Position numbers and translations under genes: made by a program. Under the pieces are notes generated by a model that was not told where the DNA came from, made no database searches, and was given only the letters and a program-made list of their open reading frames with translations. DNA of 64,000 bases from an uncultured Verrucomicrobiae bacterium (GTDB taxonomy: Bacteria > Verrucomicrobiota > Verrucomicrobiia > Chthoniobacterales > JAFAMB01), in contig CAWIPH010000002.1 in assembly GCA_963837955.1 (NCBI GenBank), positions 864,001-928,000 of the forward strand, written 5' to 3'. This document shows, in pieces, positions 38,814-47,682 of the stretch (positions are counted from its first letter, which is position 1; each line of letters opens with the position of its first letter).

Positions 38814-39698
38814 TCACCGCTCATAAAACGACCGGTTCTTCTCGATGAAGGTCTCGACGGACATGGGACGCTGTCCCGTCACCTGCCCGATAATGCCGTC
38901 TTCTCCGGCGAAAACCCCGTTCTGGTAATCGATCGCGACCTCGCGCACGTGCTGCTGGACAAAATCGCCCCATCCCTTGAGTTGCCCTTCTTCGATGAAC
39001 TGTTCGGCGGTTACGGGCTCGTAGTGCACCTGGCGCCCCAGCGCTCTGCTCATCGCTTGCGCGATCTCATAGTGGTTCATTTCGACCCGCCCGTGGACCG
39101 TGTAGATCTTGCCGGCGTGGGGCTCCGGAGTCTGCAAGATGGCGGCCACCAGTCGTCCGATGTCCTCCGCGGCGATAGGAGCGTGGCGCCCCTCGCCCAG
39201 TGGAAGCTTGAGGGCGCCTGTCCCCCGGAGCTCAGTGGGGTCGACTAGGCTGATCAGCCATTCCGCAAAGAAGGTTGGCCGCAGATGGGTCGTCGGGATT
39301 CCGGACCAGTCGAAGATCCGCTCCGCCACCCAATGATTGAGGGCAGCATGGCTCTTCGCGACACGGCGCGCCGAAATTTGTGAAATATTGAGTATGAATT
39401 TAAGCCCGGTCTCTTTCGCTGCAGCCGCAAAGTAACCGGTCGCTTCGATCAGCCGTGGGGCGACTGGGTAGCAGAAATATGCGCTCTGGATTCCGTCCAA
39501 CGCATGAACGATTTCGTCGAGGTTAAACAGGTCGCCAATCACAACGTCCGCTCCGAGCGCCCGAAGGCTATCGACCTTCGGTCCTTCGCGATGGGCTAGA
39601 GCTCGCACGGCGGTGCCCCGCTTCACTAGATTCTCAATCGCGACATATCCGGTCCGACCGGTTGCGCCGGTAACGAGAATAGTTGGTGCCTTCATCAT
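38814..39698 (-). CDS. NmrA family NAD(P)-binding protein
   Basis: ILVTGATGRTG, HLRPTFFAEW. Confidence 0.9.
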   Translation of the reverse strand: MMKAPTILVTGATGRTGYVAIENLVKRGTAVRALAHREGPKVDSLRALGADVVIGDLFNLDEIVHALDGIQSAYFCYPVAPRLIEATGYFAAAAKETGLKFILNISQISARRVAKSHAALNHWVAERIFDWSGIPTTHLRPTFFAEWLISLVDPTELRGTGALKLPLGEGRHAPIAAEDIGRLVAAILQTPEPHAGKIYTVHGRVEMNHYEIAQAMSRALGRQVHYEPVTAEQFIEEGQLKGWGDFVQQHVREVAIDYQNGVFAGEDGIIGQVTGQRPMSVETFIEKNRSFYER

Positions 39699-39830
39699 TG
39701 CTCTCCGATTTTCCAGCAGTACGTAACCGGCTACAGCGGCGGCGTTTATCCTAACCTTGGCGCCAGTATGCGGGTCTTACGTGCACACGGGCTCGCCAGT
39801 TAGATGATAGACATCCGCTATCCGGCAACG

Positions 39831-39930
39831 CATAGATGATATATGGCATCTATGAAGTCAACTGAATTCGACGAACAAGTCCAATTTTAAGGTGTCGGTG
39901 GACATCTTACCAGATGTCCACTACCATCTA
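39831..39930. promoter_or_regulatory. Two AGATG-N8-CATCT palindromes, candidate TetR operators
   Basis: CATAGATGATATATGGCATCTATG (39831-39854) and CAGATGTCCACTACCATCTA (39911-39930), between divergent nmrA and tetR. Confidence 0.6.
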
Positions 39931-39969
39931 AATAACCCTCCGCGGCTCGCAATCGGAGGGTCAAGTAAG

Positions 39970-40539
39970 ATGAAGAAGTCGAAAGTGGAGACCGCGCAAA
40001 CGCGGCGTCGCATTGTCGAGACAGCTGCTCGCGAATTTCGCGACAAAGGGATCGATGGCACGGGCCTGGCCGATGTGATGGCGGCGGCGGGCCTAACGCA
40101 CGGAGGTTTCTATCGCCACTTTGGTTCCAAAGACCAATTGGTTGCTGAGGCTTGTGCTGTCGGAATGGAATTTATCGTTGCGAAAGCTCAGGAAGCCTGT
40201 CAGAGCCAAGGCAAGGGCGGGTTTGAGGCGATCATCGAAAGCTATCTTGATATCAGCCACCGAGACGATCGATCTGGCGGGTGCCCACTCGCCGGCCTCG
40301 GTAGCGAACTGGCGCGCGCCGACGATGAAACCCGAGCGGCCGCCTCCGCCGGGTTTCTGAAGCTCGTCGAACTTCTCGCAAAGCAGATAAGACGCCGCAA
40401 ATCTGAGGTAGCGAAGTCGGATGCCTTATTTGCACTGTCGGCGATGGTCGGGGCCGTCACCTTGTCACGGATCGTGACGGATCCTGATCTTTCGAACGCG
40501 ATCTTGCGTGACACGAAAAGGCATCTGGCCCTTTCGTAG
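39970..40539 (+). CDS. TetR/AcrR family regulator (NemR-like)
   Basis: GLTHGGFYRHFGSKDQL, GGCPLAGLGSE. Confidence 0.92.
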   Translation: MKKSKVETAQTRRRIVETAAREFRDKGIDGTGLADVMAAAGLTHGGFYRHFGSKDQLVAEACAVGMEFIVAKAQEACQSQGKGGFEAIIESYLDISHRDDRSGGCPLAGLGSELARADDETRAAASAGFLKLVELLAKQIRRRKSEVAKSDALFALSAMVGAVTLSRIVTDPDLSNAILRDTKRHLALS

Positions 40540-40763
40540 CCCGCCACGGGGCGACCCTTCCGGGTGGGGCGAGTTGGCCATTCGCCCAGAACCGAGAATC
40601 GCGCATTGTCAGCCGGCTGCACTGTTATTTTATCGCATAAACAAGCGGCTCTTGCCTGGCTCTCGGCACCCATTCCAATTCGAACCAGCATTACGGCACA
40701 TAAGACAAAAGCTTATCTCATAGCAGCGGACTCTAATAGCTTGAAACCACCTAATGTAAAGTT

Positions 40764-41264
40764 ATGGAAGCGCTTGATTTATCGGTTCGGCCGCCACGGA
40801 GCCCTTACGCACAAATGGATGGCATCTACATGTTACCGCGAACTATCGACAAGATGCGGGCACAACTTCCTGGGGGAAAACTAGGGTCGTATAGCATCAC
40901 AACCCCATTCGGCCCCGGGATAAGTATCTTGCTTTTGCGCGGCTTAGCATTGAATGAAAAGGACCTGTTCCAGGTCGTGCAGCGGGTTCGGGCTGAAGAG
41001 GAGATTGCCGACTGGCTCCGAAGAAGCGTGGACCCCTCAAGCAAAGCCCGCACGAATGAAATGCTTCTTAGCCCGACAATCGAAGACGCGCTGAAGTTGA
41101 TCCCAACACCAGTCTTCGATGGATTTTATCCCGCAGCCAAAAATATGCCGAAAACAACACCAATGTTCGATGTGCTTTTGGAAGACGATCGCCAAATGTT
41201 TCCTGGTTATTTCGCTGTCCGTCACCACGTTCCTGCTAGTGAGAGGCTTACCCGTGGTCTCTAG
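40764..41264 (+). CDS. DUF5069-like protein
   Basis: LDLSVRPPRSPY, MLPRTIDKMRA, FDVLLEDD. Confidence 0.75.
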   Translation: MEALDLSVRPPRSPYAQMDGIYMLPRTIDKMRAQLPGGKLGSYSITTPFGPGISILLLRGLALNEKDLFQVVQRVRAEEEIADWLRRSVDPSSKARTNEMLLSPTIEDALKLIPTPVFDGFYPAAKNMPKTTPMFDVLLEDDRQMFPGYFAVRHHVPASERLTRGL

Positions 41265-41346
41265 ACTGGAAGACCAACTGCTTTGTGATGGAGGTTGAGC
41301 GTTCCTCATGAGTGCATTCGCCCTCCAGTCCACGAGGAGAGAGCTC

Positions 41347-41384
41347 CTTACCGTACGTAAATTTCCGTTTCGTGTGCGCACCCC
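41347..41384 (-). repeat. Additional Tn3-family 38-bp inverted repeat end
   Basis: Reverse complement GGGGTGCGCACACGAAACGGAAATTTACGTACGGTAAG, continuing GAGC..TCTCCTCGTGGA like the left end of the miniature element. Confidence 0.88.
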
Positions 41385-41393
41385 GGATAGCAC

Positions 41394-41951
41394 CTACATT
41401 CTCGTAGAGGCGGGGACCCAGCGGTATAACGTTGGCACCGACACGCCCAAACTTTGGGCCACATCTCTTGGCGGCGTACCCGAAGAAAGCAACTTCTTAG
41501 CTGCTTTGACCTTGCCTTCGGTCATTCGCCGTTTTCGGCCACCTACACGGCCTTGTCGTTTTGCCGCTTCCAGTCCGGCGCGTGTCCGTTCGATAATCAG
41601 CTCTCGTTCCATCTGCGCAAGACTTGCCATCACGTGAAAAAAGAACCGGCCGGCCGGCGTCTTTGTATCGATGCCATCGGTCAGACTTTTGAAATGTACA
41701 TGGCGCTCTTGGAGTTCATTCACCAGATCAACCAATCCTTTGACGCTGCGTCCGAGACGATCGAGTTTCCAAACAACCAGAGTATCAGTCTCCCGCAAGT
41801 GGGAGAGCGTCTCTCTGAGTCCAGGACGATCTGCCTTAGCGCCACTGACCTTGTCGGTAAAGATCCGTTTGCAGCTGGCTCTTTTGAGCGCCGCTAGTTG
41901 TAGTTCAAGGTTCTGGTCCTCTGTGGACACGCGAGCGTAGCCAATCAGCAT
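41394..41951 (-). CDS. tnpR: Serine resolvase/recombinase
   Basis: MLIGYARVSTEDQ, VWKLDRLGRS, C-terminal HTH. Confidence 0.93.
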   Translation of the reverse strand: MLIGYARVSTEDQNLELQLAALKRASCKRIFTDKVSGAKADRPGLRETLSHLRETDTLVVWKLDRLGRSVKGLVDLVNELQERHVHFKSLTDGIDTKTPAGRFFFHVMASLAQMERELIIERTRAGLEAAKRQGRVGGRKRRMTEGKVKAAKKLLSSGTPPRDVAQSLGVSVPTLYRWVPASTRM

Positions 41952-42120
41952 AATTGGAAGTTCTGGCCTTATTGTAACATTCTCGATACTCATTAGGAGC
42001 ATGGGGAAACGAGAATTTTATTTCAAGAATGGTTTTCGAGAATGCAAAACCCACCTTTTGACGACTTTGCCCATAGAGTCGCTTTCCTTCTCATAAAGGA
42101 AGGTTTTCAAGAAGGTCCTC
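41952..42120. other. Probable res site and divergent promoter region
   Basis: AT-rich interval between divergent tnpR and tnpA, with repeated TTCTC/GAGAA and TTCAAGAA half-sites. Confidence 0.5.
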
Positions 42121-44610
42121 ATGCCCCGCCGCGAGCTGCTCACCTCGACCCAGCGAGACGAACTGCTGGCCTTTCCGACCGACGAAACCGACCTACTCCG
42201 ATACTACACGTTCAACACGCACGACCTAGCGGTCATTCGCCGCCGCCGCGGCGACCACAACCGGTTAGGCTTTGCCGTCCAGCTCTGCTACGTGCGTTTC
42301 CCCGGTCGGCTGCTTGCTATCGACGAAGCGCCTTATGCGCCGATCCTGGCAATGGCGGCGGCGCAGTTAAAAGTCCCGACGGGCATCTGGAGTTTCTATG
42401 CGGAGCGCGATCAAACGCGACGCGAACACCTGCTGGAATTACAGGAGCAATTCGGTTATCAGGCCTTCACGGTGGCCCATTACCGGCGGTTCGCGCTCGG
42501 ACTTGACACCTTAGCCGATCAGACGCACCAAGGCATGCGACTGGCCGAGGCGTTGGTAGAGAGTCTCCGCAAAGCCAAAATCATTATCCCGGGAGTACCG
42601 GTCCTCGAGCGTTTGTGCGCGGAAGTGATCGTCCGGGCGCAGCGTCGCTTGTATCGGCAGCTCACGACCCACCTCAGCGAAGATCATAAAAACAAGCTCG
42701 AGGCGCTTTTAAACGTGCGAGAGGGAAGCAGGCAAACCGTGTTGGCTTGGCTGCGCCAGCCTGCCGGTGCCCCTTCCGCGCGTAATCTACTGGCTCATCT
42801 TGAAAGGCTTCAGGCGCTACGCCATGTCGATCTTCCGGTTGAAATCGGTCATACCGTCCATCAAAACCACCTCCTTCGCCTCGCTCGGGAAGGCGCCCAG
42901 ACGACGGTTTACCATTTGAAGGATTTCGAGGTCGAACGTCGTCAAGCCACGTTGGTCGCGATCCTGCTGGATACCCAATCCACGCTCATCGACGAAATTC
43001 TTGACCTGCACGACCGCATGGTCGGAAGCGCATTTGCCAAGGCCAAGCGTGCTTATGAAACCTCGTTTCAGGAAGCGGGTAAGGCGATCAACGAAAAGGT
43101 TCGGCTATACGCCCAGGTCGGCCAGGCGCTGATTGAAGCCAAGGACGCCGGCAGCGACCCTTTCGAGGCAATAGAGCGGGTGGTTTCCTGGGAGCAGTTC
43201 ACTCAAAGCGTCCAAGAGGCCGAAAAACTGGCCCGGCCCGAGGATTTTGACTACCTGGGACTCCTGTCAAATCACTACTCTCAGCTGCGCCGTTACACGC
43301 CCGCTTTTCCCGAGGCCTTCGAGTTCCGAGCCACTCCGGCCGCGCGGAAGATCTTGGACGCCCTCGAGGTGCTTAAACGGCTTTCCGCGAGCAAAGAACG
43401 GTCGGTCCCTGAGGACGCTCCCACAGAGTTTGTCCGCCGTCGCTGGATGCCCCACGTGTTTAGCGAGGGTGGCCTGGATCGCCGATACTATGAACTGTGC
43501 ACGCTCACCGAACTCAGGAATGCGTTGCGTTCGGGAGACATCTGGGTACCGGGCAGCCGGCAATTCAAAGATTTCGAAGACTATTTATTGCCGACAGCGG
43601 ACTTTGAAGCGTTACTCCGCTCCGATAACCTGCCGCTTGTTACCGCCGCAAGCTTCGATCGGTATTGGACAGAGCGAGAGACGTTCTTGCGCCAAGAACT
43701 ACAAAAAGTCGATGAGCTCGCCACACGTCACGAATTGCCCGACGCCGATTTTGTCGATGGTGTCCTCAAAGTAACGCCCCTAACAAGCGCGGTTCCGGAA
43801 GAAGCAGAGGCATTGATACGGCAGGCCTACGCGCTGTTGCCCCACGTCAAAATCACCGACCTGCTTCTGGAAGTGGATCGCTGGACCAGGTTCACCGAAG
43901 ACTTCACCCATTTGAAGAAGGCGGAGCCGGCCAAAGATCGCGCCTTGTTGCTCACCGTCATTTTGGCCGATGCCATCAATCTCGGGCTCAATAAGATGGC
44001 GGAAGCTTGCCCGGGTACCTCCATTGCCAAACTCTCATGGTTATCGGCTTGGCACATTCGCGACGAGGCCTACAGCAAAGCCCTAGCCACGCTCGTTAAC
44101 CATCAGCATCGGCAAACCTTCGCCAGTCATTGGGGTGAGGGCATCACTTCCTCCTCTGATGGTCAGCGCTTTCAGTCCGGCGGTCGCGGCGAAGAAGCCG
44201 GCCAGGTTAACCTTCGTTACGGCACGGAACCTGGCGTGTTGTTCTACACGCACGTATCGGACCAGTACGCGCCCTTCCACACCAAGGTTATCAATGCCAC
44301 CGTCCGTGACGCAACCCACGTACTGGACGGACTTCTTTATCACGAGTCTGACCTACGCATCGAAGAACATTATACCGATACTGCTGGATTCACTGACCAT
44401 GTATTCGCCCTTTGTCATCTGCTCGGCTTCCGGTTTGCGCCGCGGATCCGAGACCTCGCCGACAAGAGGATCTATGTTCTCGAGAAAGCCTCAGCGTATC
44501 CTGCGCTTGCTGGACTTGTCGGCGGCACGCTGAACGTCCGTCTCATCGCCACTCATTGGAACGAGGTCCTTCGGTTAGCGAGCTCGATCTGTTTACGCCA
44601 CAACCTGGAG
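42121..44610 (+). pseudogene. tnpA: Tn3-family transposase with a C-terminal internal deletion
   Basis: NRLGFAVQL, SSSDGQRF and HYTDTAG present; similarity ends at LRLASSI (aa 823, position 44589), 21 bp before the IR; the ORF reads through the IR to 44772. Confidence 0.88.
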
Positions 44611-44648
44611 CTTAGCGTGCTTTATTTTCCGTTTCGTGCACGGACCCC
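44611..44648 (-). repeat. Right terminal IR (Tn21-like)
   Basis: Reverse complement GGGGTCCGTGCACGAAACGGAAAATAAAGCACGCTAAG. Confidence 0.93.
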
Positions 44649-44728
44649 TGCTATGATCCAAGCGCGGCGCGCTTTGCCACCTGAGCCATGGCACCACAAC
44701 TGCGCGTGGTCTTTAGGGATAAATGGCA

Positions 44729-45334
44729 CTAATCACAAGGCGACCAGTTCCCGCGCCGCTGGCAATCGATGAAATTTCCGTAAACGTCTGTGTCAACTTC
44801 ACAACACGCATCGATCAAAGCACGCAGTTGAGCCCTACCTCGTTGAACCCTGGATTTTGCCGCTGAAACAGTCAGACCTAGACGCTCTGCCAGTTCGACC
44901 TGAGAGACACCCTGAAAATCGACTAATGTTAGTGCCGACCGATAATGATCCGGCAGCGATTCGGCAAAGACCCGCAGGCATCGCAAGAGATGCGCCTTGC
45001 GGCTTTCCCGTTCTTGAGTGAGCAACGCGATGTCTGGCCCGCTCGAAGAGGTGACATCCTCAAATGAGGTAACCGATTTTTTTGAATGCCTGAAATAATC
45101 TGCAACCACATTCCGAGCGATCCGGAACATCCATCCCCGGAACTTTGCCGGATCGTTCAGAGAAGGTGCAGCTCTCTGGGCTTTGATGAGGACATCTTGA
45201 GTTAAGTCATCCGCCGTCGCTACATCAGTGACTCGAGCCCGGATGAAGTTGCGAATCGCCGCTCGGAGGTTTGCGGCTACTTCGTCCGAGACGAATTCGT
45301 GGCTCTCGCCGGACGTATGAAATGTCTTAAACAT
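44729..45334 (-). CDS. sigZ: SigZ-like ECF sigma factor with a Cys-rich C-terminus
   Basis: ADDLTQDV, WMFRIARN, AKSRVQRGR, ACCEVDTDVYGNFIDC; start overlaps the arsC stop. Confidence 0.78.
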   Translation of the reverse strand: MFKTFHTSGESHEFVSDEVAANLRAAIRNFIRARVTDVATADDLTQDVLIKAQRAAPSLNDPAKFRGWMFRIARNVVADYFRHSKKSVTSFEDVTSSSGPDIALLTQERESRKAHLLRCLRVFAESLPDHYRSALTLVDFQGVSQVELAERLGLTVSAAKSRVQRGRAQLRALIDACCEVDTDVYGNFIDCQRRGNWSPCD

Positions 45335-45782
45335 GATTGTCTGCCATCTTGAGACCGGCAGCGTAGGCGCCAAAAGTTTTTGCGATCTCATCTCGCACTC
45401 TCCGAAAAACCGCCAAAACCTCCGCGTTCGAGCCTTTCGCTTTAGCAGGATCATCGAAGCCCCAATGATATCGATGCACCATCCCTGGAAACATCGGGCA
45501 GGCTTGGTCGGCATTTCCGCAAACCGATATGACCGTGTGGACCGGCTGATCGAGGAACTCGTTCAGGTGTTTCGAACGATGCTTGGAGATGTCGATTCCA
45601 ATCTCGTTCATCACCTCAATCGCCAGAGGATGAACTTGGCCCGTCGGTGCCGAACCGGCGCTCTCGACGGTCACCATCTCGCCTGCCTCGGTCCGAAGAA
45701 TTCCTTCGGCGATCTGGCTTCGACAGGAATTGCCCGTGCACAAAATCAGCACGAGCGGTTTTGGTTTGGTCGACATGCTCAT
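45327..45782 (-). CDS. arsC: Arsenate reductase, LMW-PTP/thioredoxin type
   Basis: CTGNSCRSQ, VCGNADQACP, HWGFDDPA. Confidence 0.93.
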   Translation of the reverse strand: MSMSTKPKPLVLILCTGNSCRSQIAEGILRTEAGEMVTVESAGSAPTGQVHPLAIEVMNEIGIDISKHRSKHLNEFLDQPVHTVISVCGNADQACPMFPGMVHRYHWGFDDPAKAKGSNAEVLAVFRRVRDEIAKTFGAYAAGLKMADNHV

Positions 45783-45865
45783 AGGATCTAAGCGGTTTGG
45801 CGGTTTTTCTCGTTGTTTCCGATTAGTCTTGTTACGTGCTCCAACCCGAACCGGAGCACGGACAC

Positions 45866-46267
45866 TTATATAGAATTGCTTGCTACGAGGCGACGGAACC
45901 GGCCAGCCCGAGGTATTCCGATGCAGGCCGAAAACCGCGAATCCTTGATAGCTTTCTTCAATCGAACGAGATCCTCTTTAAAGATGGGATCAGAATTGGC
46001 ACATTCGACCAAAGCATTGAGGTTTATCTCGAGTTCAGGGGGCCGGGGAGAAACGATCCGATAGATCTTCCAGGTTTGAGCTCTCTCAAATTCCACGAGA
46101 CCAGCTTTTCGCAAATAGCTTAGGTGCTGGGAAACATTGACCTGCGGAAGCCCGACAACTTCCTGAATATGGCAGACGCAGACTGGCTGTTGGACCAGCA
46201 AATGCAAGATCCGAAGGCGCGTAAAATCCGAGAAAGATTTGTAAATGTCGGTCAGCTGCAGGGTCAC
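45866..46267 (-). CDS. arsR: ArsR/SmtB metalloregulator
   Basis: TRLRIL, VCVCHI, VSQHLSYLRKAGLV. Confidence 0.9.
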   Translation of the reverse strand: MTLQLTDIYKSFSDFTRLRILHLLVQQPVCVCHIQEVVGLPQVNVSQHLSYLRKAGLVEFERAQTWKIYRIVSPRPPELEINLNALVECANSDPIFKEDLVRLKKAIKDSRFSACIGIPRAGRFRRLVASNSI

Positions 46268-46289
46268 GCGCTAACAGACATCCGCAATC

Positions 46290-46311
46290 TATATAAGTCA
46301 ATTATTATATA
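46290..46311. promoter_or_regulatory. Candidate ArsR operator overlapping a -35 box
   Basis: TATATAA-N8-TTATATA inverted repeat containing minus-strand TTGACT, just upstream of arsR. Confidence 0.5.
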
Positions 46312-46545
46312 AGCTATCGATATTGGACGATTGAAACGTTCCCGTCATTGGAGTCTAAATGGCGATAGGTACCGATCCTCCGCAGGCAGAGAGCGGCTGG
46401 GACAAACAGGCTTCAAACCAAATGGATCAGCAAATCGGGGCACGGGAACCCCTTGCATGACTCATGGCGCCTCTTCCGGTACACTCAGCGCTACAGGCTA
46501 AGCCATGCTTTCGTTGTCGAGCCGCTCCTTATGATCGAGGATCCG

Positions 46546-47223
46546 TCAATTCATTTGGAATTGAATCGGCAGTTCGTAGGTGCCGCTGGTAGTCGGAGCA
46601 GGCACCCAATTCGCTCTTATCCATCTGACCGCCGCATTCGCCAGGATGGCTGGGCCATTTCCGCGGGCTCCGACAATCTGGCCGCTAGATACCGTAATGA
46701 CCACAGATACATTTCCTGAGACCATCATCTGCACCGCTACACCGGGATAAGGTGGGTTCGGGCGTTGGATAAAGAGACCCGAATGACCTCCTTTACCCGT
46801 TCCTGCTTTTACTCCGTTCGCTATCCCTTTATTGGCCCCGGGCGTGGCTGCCGGGTTTGGGTTGGAGGGAGACGGTTGCTTTACCGGCTTTGGAGAAGGT
46901 TTTGGCCGCGACTGTGGAGACGGGATAGGAGTGGCGCTGGGAGCGGGAATCTCAAACTCCGGCGGCTTATCCAAAGGTGGCGGAGTGGGTTCATCCTCTG
47001 GCGGAGGCGTTGGTTCAGGCTGTGGCGGCTGCTCCTGTTCGGCTTCGGGATCGCCTTTTGGAGGCACGTCGCTAATATCGACATCAGTCAATAGAATGAT
47101 GCCAGGCTCTGCCGGGGTTGGGAACCAATAGCCGGTCAGGACAGCTCCTGCATTCAAAGCGAGCGCCAAAGCAAGAAACCAGATAAAGGATCCTTCGTTG
47201 TGAATCGGTTTTATCATGCGCAA
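46546..47223 (-). CDS. TonB-like proline-rich membrane-anchored protein
   Basis: N-terminal TM helix, P/E/K-rich linker, C-terminal PNPPYP...GNVSV...LPIQF. Confidence 0.65.
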   Translation of the reverse strand: MRMIKPIHNEGSFIWFLALALALNAGAVLTGYWFPTPAEPGIILLTDVDISDVPPKGDPEAEQEQPPQPEPTPPPEDEPTPPPLDKPPEFEIPAPSATPIPSPQSRPKPSPKPVKQPSPSNPNPAATPGANKGIANGVKAGTGKGGHSGLFIQRPNPPYPGVAVQMMVSGNVSVVITVSSGQIVGARGNGPAILANAAVRWIRANWVPAPTTSGTYELPIQFQMN

Positions 47224-47602
47224 TATTCAGTTTAGGGGCGACGCTCCGGGGGAAACCTCGGTTTTGGAAATGCAGCGAGGCGACCAATGCTGGAATCGCT
47301 CAATCGGTCCCGCGTCGTTCGCTCAGGATTCCGACAAGCTCCAGAGGCCGGGCGACCGCAGATCGCTTGCCTCGTTCGTGGATAAATCTCCGTTCACATA
47401 CCAAGCCATAAAATGAACAACGGTTTTAGTTGACTCGGCGGCACCTCTGATCCGCAGCAGGAGACTCTTTGTGCACAGAACGGGCGATTCCACCAATGCA
47501 AAGAAGATACCTGGATCGAGTGAATTCTCCTCTGAAGAAACGTTACGTTTTCGTAACATTGAGACATGGCCCAGTCATTTTGGCCAGTCGGGCCCAGCGA
47601 TT

Positions 47603-47638
47603 CCCATACGCCCAATATGTCCCATACGTCCCATATGT
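47603..47638. repeat. Degenerate 9-mer tandem repeat
   Basis: CCCATACGC CCAATATGT CCCATACGT CCCATATGT. Confidence 0.55.
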
Positions 47639-47682
47639 CGCAGCGCCACCCGAGCTGAGAGCAGGCTCACTCTCACTAAGCG

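Larger units (their letters stand above)
27663..44648. mobile_element. Tn3-family composite transposon, 16,986 bp, with 5-bp target duplication TGCTA
   Basis: Left IR 27663-27700 and right IR 44611-44648; TGCTA at 27658-27662 and 44649-44653; contains tnpR/tnpA; interrupts the ars cluster. Confidence 0.88.

Noticed and set aside
44590..44772. C-terminal 60 aa of the 883-aa ORF as real transposase sequence
   Set aside because: It is read-through across the IR into flanking DNA, overlapping sigZ on the opposite strand
47441..47448. Lysine or cobalamin riboswitch upstream of the TonB-like gene
   Set aside because: Only an isolated AGAGGTGC; other conserved elements are not recognisable
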